DNA of 64,000 nucleotides. Origin: Monocercomonoides exilis PA203 (taxonomy: Eukaryota > Protista > Preaxostyla). The position numbers and the translations under genes are program-made. The stretch covers positions 930,001 through 994,000 of the forward strand of contig LSRY02000014.1 in assembly GCA_001643675.2 (NCBI GenBank), in the 5' to 3' direction. A model generated the notes under the pieces. That model was not told the DNA's origin and made no database searches. It saw only the letters and a list, made by a program, of their open reading frames with translations. Shown piece by piece: positions 1 to 12,500 of this stretch; the stretch's first letter is position 1; each line of letters starts with the position of its first letter.

Positions 1-25
1 AAAAAGAAAGACAGACAGAAAGAAA

Positions 26-1907
26 CTACGACGACAAAGAAGAATAATATTTTTTGCGAAATTCAATTTCTTTTTTACTAAAAGCAGGTGAAACTGGTCT
101 TTGAATTGGCTTTTCATTTTCCATTTTTCTTTTTTCCTCAGGATCGCTTCCTCCACTCACATCATCGTTTACGATTTCAAAAATTTTCTTTTTCTTTTTC
201 TGCTTTATTTCTCTTTTATCTTCATTTGAAGAAGAGATTGACAAAAGAATGTTGAATTCTTCACGAGAATGCTTAGTTTTTGATGTTGAAGAAGTTGAAG
301 AAGCTTTTGATTTTTCAATTCCTTCATATTTCGATCAAAGAAATGCAAGATGCTTTTCAGTATCTTCAAGTTGTTTTTTCAATTCAAAGCTATCCAAATC
401 TTCAATAATTGTTGTAGAATTTAATTCGTGATCATCAGACAGAGAAGAACAGGTCTGTATATTCGATGAAGTTGATTTTGCCAAGTTTGCTTTTTCTGCA
501 GAATAAATATCTGATGGTTTTGATGAAGCCGAAACACTTTGCCTTTTTGGTGGAGAATAGCTACCAAAAAATTCTTCACACCAATCTTGAGACAAAGAAT
601 GAAGATCTTCTTTTAATGCAGAGGTTTCTATAGGTGCTCCTGCTACTCTAGATAGCACAGGGGCTGCAGCAACAGGCCAAACTCCTGTCTTTATGAATGC
701 TGCTTTTATTGTTGAAGGTGTACATGCAGCTGCCAAGGCTTCAGGAAGAACTTCTGTGAGTTGTGTCATATGAGAAGGGAGGGAGAATGGAGATGGAATG
801 ACAAATTTGTTGTTCAATGTTGATTTAAGTCGAGAAAAAATACAGGAATCACACGGTTGAAGTAAATGTGTCATATTAGGTGGGAATTTTTTCAGAATGA
901 TGAATTTTTTTTCAGCTGCTTCAATTACAGTTTCGTCATTGTGAGTTGAATGATTATCCATTAATAAAAGTGCACGATGAGAACTTGTAGGTTTCACTTT
1001 CTCCGCGATTAATGGAATCAAACAATTGATCATGATATAGTTGAAGATTTCCTTCGAAATCCACCCAGAAGAAGAGTTGATATATCTGATATCAAATGAT
1101 GAAAGATATCGAAACTCTTTCGGGAGAGTTTACTTAGGGTAAAGAAGAAAACGAGGCAACGAAGATCCGTCAGTGCAGACACAGAGGCAAATTGTGGCAT
1201 TAAGTACTTTTGGAAACGATGGAACACCTGGAGGAATTTGATCTTTGAAGCAAACAACCAATTTTGATGAAGACTCCCCGCAAGTGATTGAAGATTCGTC
1301 GGTATTGTATATGTCGGATGATATGATGTTATAGCCTGAAATTAAAACTGACAGTTCTGAAAACCATCTGCTAATATATTCTGGTGACTGTGCTTTGATT
1401 TTTGCAACTTCTATTGGCCTTGCCATAGCGGCTTTCAATATTTCGCTTCGTTGAATTAATTTGAATGCATATTTTTTATTGATCATTTTCAATTCATTCT
1501 TTGATTTTGGATCATTTTCAATCAGATCGACACACTAAAACATTCAAAAAAGTTAAAAAAGCATGAAAATGAATATTACAAACCATGTTTTGCTCATCAC
1601 GAATTCGAACAATTGTTTGGTTAGACAAAAGAACCAAAACTTTGTTTTCAATTGTTTCCAACTGGTTGTCTGTTAATGTTCGTGGATGTCCATTCCTTCC
1701 GACCTCTCTTCCTGCTTTCTCCGCTCAAATCCCTCATTTCCAAGCATCCTTTGAAATAACTTTGGCTTTCATTGCAGTTGCATATTTCACTTTGAAATTT
1801 TTTCGAATCGCGAATAGCTTCTTTGACGGGGATTTGAACATGCTATATTCCCTTGTTGCCAGAACTCTATGCAATTGAGATGATGATAATTCTGTTTTTT
1901 TTGTCAT
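26..1907 (-). pseudogene. pogo/Tigger-family (DDE_1, DD35D) transposase, inactivated by in-frame stops
   Basis: One frame from ATG 1907 to TAG 26 after removing a GT-AG intron at 1535-1583. Motifs YNTDES, SGWISKEIF, LLLMDNHSTH and FPPNMTHLLQPCD, with 35 residues between the 2nd and 3rd Asp. Premature stops at 1734-1736 (TGA), 1725-1727 (TGA), 1130-1132 (TAA) and 335-337 (TGA); no frameshift seen. Confidence 0.9.
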
Positions 1908-2016
1908 CAAAATTGGGAATGATCAATTTCTCCAGAATTATCAAATTTAATGTTTCTGTCATAGGCAATCCTTTTCAGATGTATGGTTTGATATTTTGTA
2001 AATATAGGTGATTCTT

Positions 2017-2890
2017 TTCGAAAAAGAATAATTCAAATTCGGAATTAATATTTCAATTTCGACAAAAAATAATTCGATTTCGGAATTAATAATTCAAAAT
2101 CGAAAAAAAAAATAATTCAAAATCGAAAATTAATAATTCAATTTCATAATTTATTAATTCGATTTCGAAAAAGAATAATTCAATTTCGAAATTAAAAATA
2201 TTTTGATTTGTGGAATGAATAAATTGTGTTTTGGGTTTTAACTTCTCTTTATTTTTATTTCATCAGTTCACTTTGCTTATCTATATTTGAAAAATGATGC
2301 ATTTTCAATTAAAAATTCATTTATTTTGAATTCATATTTCTTTTATAGAAGTTTTTCAAAAAAAAAAATGAATTCATTTTTGTATTAAAAATAGATGTTT
2401 TTCTATTTTTACTCCAAAGAAACAGAAAAAATATAATTGAGAAAAAAATTCTTGTTTTTTGTTATTCAATAAATTGTGATTGATTATTTGCAATTTTTAA
2501 TTGGTTATTCAATAGAATGAATTTTTAAAAATATTTTTTTATTTTGAGTGATGATTTTCGAAAATGAAAAAAAATTTAAAAAATTGATTTGTTGATTGTT
2601 TCATTTTTAAAAAACAGTTTTCTTAGAATAATAATATTTGATTGGTTAAAAAATAATTTGAAATTTTCTGAAATCCATTCTCGAGAAAAATTAAAATTCT
2701 CAGTTATAGATGAATTTCGAAATTGAAATAATCATTTTCGAAATTGAATTATTCTTTTTCGATTTTGAATTATTAATTTTCGATTTTGAATTATTAATTC
2801 CGAAATCGAATTATTTTTTTTCTAATTCGAATTATTAATTCCGAATTTGAATTATTTTTTTTCGAATTTGATTTATTTTTGGTGTATATA
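2017..2890. mobile_element. Foldback/MITE-like element with long inverted arms built from ~21-bp tandem units
   Basis: Arms ~2017-2195 and ~2714-2866 are colinear reverse complements made of TTCGAAAAAGAATAATTCAAA-like units. The interior is AT-rich and non-coding. The right end reads TA-CACCAAAAA on the minus strand. Confidence 0.7.
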
Positions 2891-3401
2891 TCTTTATTGA
2901 AACATTGAAATTATCAACTTTCCAATTTTTTGCAAAAAATCAAACATGTGAATGAAATAAAAAACAGCAACATTCAGCTGGAAGAAGACATGAAGAAGAA
3001 GAATAATGACGATTCTTTCATTATATAACACAATTTCGATTGCTTTTGAAATGTTTTTATTTCTATTGTTCATAATAAGGAAAAACAAGAGAATGCTTCA
3101 TTGAGAGGGGGCGGGTTTGGCACCAGGGTGCGGGTTAAGCATCAATGGTATTATATTTAGAAATAATTATGATTTCCTTTTGAAAAATGAAATGAATATA
3201 AATGAACAAACGAAATAAAAAAAAAAAAAAATAGAAACACACAAAAATTATTCAAATAACTGACAAAAAAACAAAATAAAACGAACATATATCGAATTTG
3301 CAGAAATGAGATTTGTTTAAAATTAACCAATTTTATAAAAAAACAAAAAAAAAAGATTAAAAAAATTCCATGTTCTTACATAATTATGACTCTTTGAAAT
3401 A

Positions 3402-4680
3402 TTAATGCCCCTGTTGCTGGGCATCTTTTAATTTTAGATATTCCTTATATTTAGGTTCATCCAAGCGAGACTGGCGTGTGTTGATAACCTGCTTCATTAC
3501 AGTACCATCCTGCATATACAAAATTCTATCAGCATAGCATTCGATATCAGGATTGTGGGTAACCTGCATCATTTTGCATGAGTGACAAGAAAGAGCAAAG
3601 GATAAATACTTTGAAAATTGTTAGAAAGAAATAAAATAAAAACCATGATGCAAGTTGTATGCTTCTTGAGATTGATGTCAAGGATTAAATCCATAATTTG
3701 GATAGTATTGGACGTATCCAAATCACCAGTTGGTTCATCCAATAGAAGTAATTTCGGATCGTTCGCCAGAGCACGTGCAATTGTCCTATTTTGTAAAAAT
3801 TAAAAATAAATTCACTGATAATTAATCATATAACTGCTATTGCAAACACTCTCTGCTGTTCTCCTCCAGATAATTCTGATGGCTATTCATTAATATGTAT
3901 AATTTTTTATTGTTGAAATAAAACAAAAATCAAAGTGTTAATGTTCGTTGAATTACTGAATATTTGAATAAAATATTTTCACAAACCAAATGCATCATTC
4001 TATCGCGAAGCCCAACTGAAGTTAACAAATCAATAGATCTTTGTTTGATTTGTCGAGGTTTGTATCTCCCAAGAACGGTTTGAGGAAGTTCCACATTTTC
4101 ATATGCAGATAATGTGGCCAAAAGATTAAACGTTTGAAACACAAATCCAATGCTTTCCAAACGCAATCTCGAAAGTTCAGCATCAGTAGAATTCGAATCA
4201 ATATTCTTACCAAATAAGGTAATTACTCCACTTGTTGGCTTATCAATTGTACCTAAAAGATTTAACATTGTTGTTTTCCCTCCTCCAGATGGACCACGAA
4301 TCTGCGAAAAAAGAATATCAATACGAAGTTAAAGGGAAACTGCAAACCATGACAAATTCCCCTTCATGAACGGGATAGAATTCTGATTCTGTGCTGAATG
4401 TAACGTCACGAAGTGCAACCACAGGATCATCACGCCCAGATATTTTATAGGCTTTCCCAAGATTATGAACAGATACAATTGGACCTCCAAGCTATAAAAA
4501 AAGTTAATGAAAATGGAAAAAATATTAAAAACGACAAAATGAAAAATAACGAACCGGTTTTACAGGATCTGGTACAAAGAAAGGAAGAGTTGGCGGTCTA
4601 ACAATCTTCTCTTCCATGTCACCACCTTTATATGCCATCTCATCATCTTTAAAATGCGTAACGGCTTTAACTGATGCCAT
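3402..4680 (-). CDS. Stand-alone ABC ATPase, LolD/MacB/FtsE-like (6 exons)
   Basis: Spliced product has Walker [21 protein letters not shown], signature [31 protein letters not shown] and H-loop VTHN. Five GT-AG introns keep the frame. No TM domain. Confidence 0.9.
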
Positions 4681-5140
4681 TGACTAAAAACATTTTATGA
4701 TTACAAAAATAAAATTGTGCCCATGGAAAAGAAAAAATAATCGGGAAAACACACTTTGTTTATAAATTATGGTAATACGAATGTTCCGAGTTGATCTGAA
4801 TCAAGCTTAAAATTTTCAATTATAATCATTCGAATAATTATTTCATCATTTTAATGGAAGTTCAAATTGAAGAATATGTTTCGTTAAAAGAAATTGGAAA
4901 AAGATCACAAACATGTTGATAACTCTTTCTCGATTTTACAATCAACATTCTTTGGAATTTGTAACTTATTTTTATTTGGAACAAAAACTTTTAAAAAGTC
5001 CAATTAATAAACTACCACATTGTATTTGTTAAAAAAATTGATATTATTTTAAACTATTCTCACTTTGTTAGAGACATTTTTAAAATATTGAAGCAGAAAC
5101 ATCAGCAACACCATGACATGATGTTTTTAAAAAAAATCAT

Positions 5141-5937
5141 TTATTCGTCTCCTTCTTCCTCTTTCTTATCTCCAGCTCTCAACTTCTTCTTTGCAACACG
5201 ACCTGGTTTCCCTCCTCCAAATGGGCTACGTGGGTCAAAATCGATATGGCTTTCGTTTGCAACAGCAACCATGAAGCTTGGAACTGTCACAATTTGCTTT
5301 CCAATTCTATAAATTCCAAGAAAAATGAAATATTAGCAATAAAAGTTACCATTAGCTTCAAATAAAAAATAATAATAACGAAAAAATAAACCTGATATGA
5401 CCTTGGGTAATGAGAAGACGAGCGTGATGAATTGAGCGAGCGAGTTTCTTTTTAAGGACCAAAGTTTGAAGACGGCGTTCCATGAAATCCTGTGGTTTCA
5501 ATCCAAGGACATAATCAAGTGCCTGGTGCTCTTCGTCAAGAACGCCCAATCTTGACAAATAACGAATGATAGCTTCACCTTCGAAAATACGTCTCTCATC
5601 TTTTGGGTCAAGAGTAAGAAGCTCTCTTGATTTTTCACGAAGCTTTCGAAATAATTAATTTCAATAAAAGACATTTTTAAATAGATCAAATAGAAACTTC
5701 CTTTAAAATAAAAACAAACCTTGGCAAGCGAATGTGTAACTCTCCATAATTCTCTTTTGTTGCGAAGACCGTACTCACCGCAAATACGAAGTTCGCTGTC
5801 AATCCTCTCGCGTTCGAAGGGATGACGTGGTGTCTTGAACACACTGCTGACTAAAAAATAAATATATAGTTCGTAGAGTTTGGAGATAAAGATGAATCTG
5901 CTCCTTTCAACGAGAAAAACATACAGTTTCTGATCAT
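5141..5937 (-). CDS. RPS9: 40S ribosomal protein S9 (uS4), 4 exons
   Basis: [77 protein letters not shown]; three GT-AG introns; ends at TAA. Confidence 0.97.
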
Positions 5938-6571
5938 GTTTGTGATTTCCTATTTAGAAACTTCGAAACACAAAAGAATATTTTCCATAATAATTAATTT
6001 GTCGAATGTATTTATTGTTTAATTGTTGAACACAAGTCGTATTTACATATTTTGTTAAAATTTTCCAATTTAATTGTGTTATTTTAAATAGCCTTTAAAA
6101 ATACAAAATATTTGAATTTCTTGTTTGATGACAATAGATTGTAAAAATAAAATGTTTATTATTGTAATTGTTTGAAGTGCGAAAGTAATTTTATTGATGC
6201 ATTTTTTGAATGTTTGAGTTTGTTATTTGTTTTAAGTTCATTGGAGATATTTTAAGTTTTTTAAGAAAGGAAAAGAGCGATTGAAATATCTTTTGAAAAC
6301 AACAAAATTTGTTGTAAATATATAAAATTTTCTGTAAATCAAATGCCACAAGCTTTTTGACATTAATTTGTACTGCGTTAAAAGATTATTATAAGTAGAT
6401 TTTCTTTTGTGAAAAAATTTCAAATAAAAATATGAAAGAGCATTTAAAGTTTGAAATATTAATGAATTTCTCTCAACTACCGATTGGTTAAGATAAACAT
6501 AAATATTAACAATTGACATTATTATTAGAAATAAAAACAAAATCTAAATTCAAAAATTCAAAAATAAAATA

Positions 6572-9486
6572 TTAATTTTCATTCTGACAAAGAGGAATTG
6601 GTATGGTGTCAATATTTGAATTTGCAACAATATTGTTATCTTCCAATTTTGACAATTGAGTAGCTTGCTTTTCTTTGCTGGCAGTATCTTGATATCGATT
6701 CTTGTTGCTTTGTGGTGATGAAAAAGTTTTTTGAGAGGTGCAAGACTTTTCTACAAACTGCCTCCTACTGATATTACGATTCTTATTTCTGTTTTTCCAT
6801 AAAATCTGGAATTGCTTTCTTTGCATTTTTTGAAGAAACATTTCCTGAAGAATATCATCTGGGTTATCGTAAATCAAAGGATGAAGAGGGGAGACGTCAA
6901 CAGGAGGACCTGTGCAATCCTGTGGAAGAAAATGAATGAATGAAAACATTGAAACATAAAAAAAGAAAAGAAAAGAAGAGAAACAACAACATGATAATTA
7001 TTGAATTACAACAACAACAACAACAACAAAACAAAACAAAACAAAACAAAACAAAAAAACAAACAAACAAACAAACAAAAAAAAAAAAGAAAAAGAAAAA
7101 AAGAAAAAAAAAAGAAAAAAAGAAAAAAAGAAAAGAAAAAAAGAAAAAAAGAAAAAAAAGAAAAAAAGAAAAAAAGAAAATAAAAGAAAAACATTATCAG
7201 ATTCTGAAAAAGAAATCAGAAATTACATACATATTTGGATAAGATACGCATATGAACAAGTAAAGAAGGGTCGTGCGAAAGTCGAGTTTTTAGAAGGATA
7301 TACGAGCGCAGATCGGGTCTCAACGGAGAAAAACTAGCTAATCCTGACTCAATCTCGCCTTTGATGAATTCCAAATGGGTGTCTGCAGAAAGGTTAAGAA
7401 CGGAACGACGCAAGAGCTGAAGGACAATTCTACAAAACAGTAGGGAAAAAATGTTTTGTTTGATAAAATGAGAAAGGAAAAGACAAAAAAATGAGTTTAG
7501 AAAATGACGAAAAGAAGTAGAAATATCAGTCAAAGTTATTTGTGATTATGTAACAAAACAATATAGAAAAAACACAAATAAGTTTGAAAATAAAAGCAAC
7601 CAATTCAAATACAAATACAAACATAAACACATACGGATGAGGAAAGACGATCCAGTTATTCACCAAGTTCGCTATTGTCAACTGTGTCAGACTCGGCAGC
7701 GATATACCAAGTTCCGACGCAGCAATGAGCAGCCGGCACATTTCATACATTTCTCGTCTGGAGACAGCCAGAAAGTGCGCTTCTGCAGCGCTATTTTCGT
7801 ACTTCCCCAAAAATGCTCCATAATTCTGTCCCCATTTTTGTGAGTTTAGCAGATGCTTTGATTGAGAACTGCTTGCTGTTTGACTATTTTCTGGATTTTG
7901 CTCATTCTTCTCTTCGTTTCTTTGGCGAAAGCGACGAGAATATAAACTTGGTCGTAATGTTTCTTTCTGTTCTGTGTTGTCAACAGAAGAAGAAGAAGAG
8001 GAAGAGGAAGAAGACGATTCATTATCCCTCCAGTTATTTTCCATCTGCATCTTCTTCATCTGGCTCATCCTCTCCCCCGGATACATTCGGACTGCCTCTT
8101 TCCCATCCTCCTTCCCCAGTGCTGTTGAAGTCGCCACGAGTGTGATGAGCGTGGCAATGTCATTCACAGCCGCTGCCTGTGCGTCTGCATACACCTGCGA
8201 CTCTCTCAATGACGCAGGCAGCAGCTGCGCTTTCCTGTTGCTGGCGTGCTGGGCAAAGAAGTGTGGGTTACTTGCCATCCACTCCTCCACATCGTGTTGC
8301 GTGGGCACACGTGAAAGGCTGGCTGATGCTGATGCAGACGAAGAAATTGATGCAAAACCAGACAATGGAGACGTTGTGGCGCGTGCAAGCGATGTTGGAA
8401 AAGAGCGTGGAGTGGCTGGGGAATACGAATGGATGCTCTTTCTGTTGTTAGATGCAGATGGTGTGGATGTGTTTGAGTTAGAGGCAGAAGCAGAGGAAGA
8501 GGAAGAGGAAGAGGAAGAGGCAGAAGAAGAGGCAGCTGACTGAGACGACTTCAGAAGAGGGCGAGGAGGTGTTTCGTCTTTCAGAATTGTCGATCTTCTT
8601 CTTGGCTTTGTGCTTTGCTGCCCAGTTTTTGTGCTTTCGAGCCCTTTTCTCAACTTCTCGTCTTTTGCTCCAACCTCATTCTGTTTTGATTGGCTTGTTT
8701 TTCGCTTTGAAGATACATTTTGCTTTGTCTGCTTTTTCTCTTTTTGGTTTCTTTTTTTGATTTCTGCTCGAATAAGTGCTGCATCTTCATCTTCGTCTTC
8801 TTCCTCTTCATCCTCTTCATCCTCCTCTTCTTCATCTTCGTCTTCATCTTCCACCTCTTCTTCGCTTTCTTCCTCTTCCTCGTCTTCTTCTTCCTCTTCA
8901 TCCTCTTCTTCATGAGCATTAGATTCATTGCCACTAACATCAATGTCTTCATCGTCTCTCAGATAATCATCATCTGATTCTGCTTCATCCACTTGTGCAT
9001 CCTGTTTCGACAGACTCTTCAACACTCCTTCTGCTTTTGCTCTTTTCCCTGCTTTTTGCTGCTTCTCGCTCGCTTTCTTCTTCTTCTCCCTCTCTTTCCA
9101 GTGCTGCGACCCCACTCCTTGAATAGCCAGCCCCTTCAGCATCTGAATCGTCTCAATCTGCTCTTCCTCGTCATCGTCGTCGTCTTCATCCTCCTCATCT
9201 TCATCTCCTTCGTCTTTCTCTCCGTCTTCCTCATCCTCATCCCCTCCTTCAAACGAGATTAGGATTTCCTTGTTCTTCCTCTTCTCTCTCTCGCTAAGCG
9301 CACCCGACGAGCCTGTGGGGCGCTCCGTGGCTGTGCTGGCAAAGCGAATGGGGGACGAATAGAAAGGAGCTGCTGGCTGTTCTGATGAGATGTCCACAGG
9401 AGCTGCCTGCACAGGCGGAACAGAGCACAACAGGAAAGGGGCAGTGGGCATGGAATAGGAGGAGGCAAAGGAAGAGTGGGAAGATA

Positions 9487-9521
<35 letters not shown>

Positions 9522-12500
9522 ATGGAGGAGGCTGGGTCGAAGGCTGAAATGCCCAGAGGACATTCAACATCGTCGTGAGGAGGCTTCTGAATTGAACGAG
9601 GCCTTCTTTTCCTGTCTGAATCTGCAGCAGACTCACCCAAGAAAAGCATGCCATTTTCCTTGTTGATATCAGATGCTTCTGTTTCTTCGTATCCATCCTC
9701 TGATGATTTGTCGTTCATCTCTAATGGAAGTAGCCTTGGAGAGGAAGTAAGTGACTTTGTGTAATGCTCGTCATATGCAGTTTCTGACACATCATTTCTT
9801 GGTGGAGTCTGCTCAGCGCAATTTCTGAGGATTTCTTCTTCAGATTGAGAAGAAGCAGAAGAAGCAGAAGAAACGGATGAAATATGTTTATTTTCCCTTG
9901 TTTGTTCATTGACATCCTTTTGAGATGGTATTTCTGTTGAAAGCAAAGAAGGAGGCATTTCATTGGTCAAATTGCTATCCTTAATGATTTTGCTATTTTC
10001 GTGTTTCAGTTTGAATTTTTTCTCTTTGATGGCTCCTTCTTCAACTTCATCGACTTCTTCCTCCTCTTCCTCTTCCACTTCTTCCTCATACTCTTCTTCT
10101 TCTTCCACTTCTTCCTCTTCTGCTTCCGCTTCTTCCTCATCTTCTGCTTTTTCACTCTTCATCTTTCCTCCATCGTCTCTTATCAACTTTTGTTCTTCTC
10201 CAAAACTAACCACATTCGCAGAAAAGCTATCTTTTATGTCTGTTCTTTCAACACCTCTCAGCATCTCTCCTTCTCTCATACTTGGATTGAATGCTCCTGA
10301 TGTTTGCTTCCTCATCCTCCTTCTGATTCTTCCTGAATGAATAACAGAAGAAGAGGCAGAAGATGCAACAGAAGCAACATTCACCCTTTCACCACCAGAT
10401 CCCCCGCTCTTCCTCCTCAAATGCACCTCCGCCCTGTTTTTGATACCTCCGCGCAGCAATTCCTGCCTTCTCTGCTTCTTTTTCGTCTTCCGCTTCCATT
10501 TTTCAATCAGCAGCGACGCCTGCACAAGTCCCCTTTGCCCTCTGTTTGAGAAGAGCCCGCGGACAATCGGTGGATCAACCAGAAAAGACGAAGGAAGCAC
10601 CTCATTGTCGATGGGAAGGCTGCTCATGAGTGAGTCTGCAGTGGAGAAGATATTCGAGGGAGGTTGAAGAGAAGAAGAAGAGGAAGAAGAAGAAGAAGAT
10701 GATGATGGTTGTGATGAAGGTTTTTCAACAGAAGAATCAGAATTTAATTCTTTCTCCTTATTTGAACACATCCGAGATTTCACATCCAAATTCTGTTTTG
10801 TCTGTGTTTCCATCTGTCTCTGCAGAAATGCTTTGACTTTGCCTCTTATCTTATTTCTGGCGATGCGCTGTTCAATCGCTTCTCCGTCTTCTTTGCTGTA
10901 TTTGTATGCCAGCAGCCCAACATCTGATGTCAACTCCTCATCCATCTCCTGTACCCCATCAAAGTGCATCTGAATCACATTGCTCTCTTCTTCTTCTTCT
11001 TCTTCTTCATTCGCAGCATCAGCCCCACTCCCTGTCTTCCCCACTGCTGTTGCTGTAGCCGACGCTGAAGAAGCTGAAGAAGCCGTCGGGACAGCAAAAC
11101 ACGCACTCTGTTGCCCACTCTTCGTGTCCAGTGCGAACGTTGTGTTGAATGCCTCGTTCTTCACACGAGTATTGTCAGGATCCAGCTGCTCCAAAGCCAC
11201 ATAATCCGGCAGATGTGTCTCGAGCAGGGCAGCCGCGTCGGGCAGAGTAGGGACGCTGGAGACGATGGAGGAGACGACGCGGCGGAGCGAGCGGAAGGGG
11301 CAGTCGATTGACTGGGACACGAGGCAGATGAATGGGATGCCGAGGAGGATCTCGTGGAAGACAGGGGTGGTGAGGGAGGAGGGGATGTGGACGAAGCAGT
11401 GCTGGATGAGCGACTGGGCGAAAAGGATGTTGCGCTCGTGCTGGATGGCGATGTGCAGCAGGGAGAGGAGGTCGGAGGTGCTGAAAGGAGGAAGAGAGGG
11501 AAAAGAGGGAATAGAGGGAAGAAGAAGAGAAAATCATAAATGAAGAAATAAATAAAATAAAATAAAATAAAATAAAATAAAATAAAATAAAAATAAAACA
11601 GAATAAATGAATCACACTGCATCGGATTAATCAACTTCACCAAGTTCCACAGATTGAGTGAATGTGCGTAGAGCGAAAGAGAAGACAAGTCCACAAAAAA
11701 ATGAGAAAACCCGTCTTTTTCGCGGAGCGGATCAAAGAGATACGAAATGGGGTGTCCGTGTGTGAGGGTGTTGCGGCGGCTGTTGTGAAATGGCTGTGCA
11801 GACAAAGAAGAAGATGACAGCATCGCCTGATACAGCCGGCTGTGGATGGCTGAGGCACTGTGCGGTTGTTGGTGATGCTGATGATGATGATAGCTGTCAA
11901 AAGAAGAAGAAGAAGAAGAAGAAGAAGAAGAATGCGATTTTGAAGGTTCATTATTATTCTTCTTCTTTGAGAACAGGGAAAATAGAGAGATTTTGTTAGC
12001 GTCTTTCTTTTTGTCCCTGTCCTTGTCTTTTGATTGTGATTGTGAATCTTTCTTTTTCTCGTTCTGTTGTCTTTCATCTGGATTCATTGGAGAAGAAGTG
12101 GAAAAAGAAGAAGAAGATGATGATTCCATTGATTGAGTGTTGTGTGAGTGAAGTGTCTGTGATGTGTCGACAGAGCGGAGGAAGAGGCGAGAGTGTGCCA
12201 GTGCTGTTTTGCTGGCAAACACACTGGAAGACAGCAGAGGGACGCTGAAGGGAATCTTCGAGGGCAGCGGCGGGTGAGGCAGGAACGAGTGCAAGGTGAT
12301 GCTGTGGAGTGAGCGTGATTTGGCTGAAAGCAGATCAGACGGAGAAGAAGCTGGAGGGATGCACACGCAGAGCGACAGGAAGGGCTCGTGCAGATGAGAG
12401 CAGTCGACGAAGAGGAGCACGTCAGACGGGCAGCAGAGGACGAGGAGGTCGGACGAGGCACAGACAAGCAGCTGGTTGCGCTGGATGACAGAGGAAAGGG

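Larger units (their letters stand above)
1..3150 (-). mobile_element. pogo-like DNA transposon remnant (other end lies outside the window)
   Basis: Transposase pseudogene plus a GC-rich candidate terminus at 3107-3148 (two related 16-mers) followed by TA at 3149-3150. Confidence 0.55.

Noticed and set aside
2017-2866. CRISPR-like array
   Set aside because: Units are adjacent, degenerate tandem repeats without unique spacers, arranged as inverted arms in a eukaryotic context.
6940-7242. Lys-rich and Phe-rich ORFs
   Set aside because: Translations of an intronic low-complexity tract.
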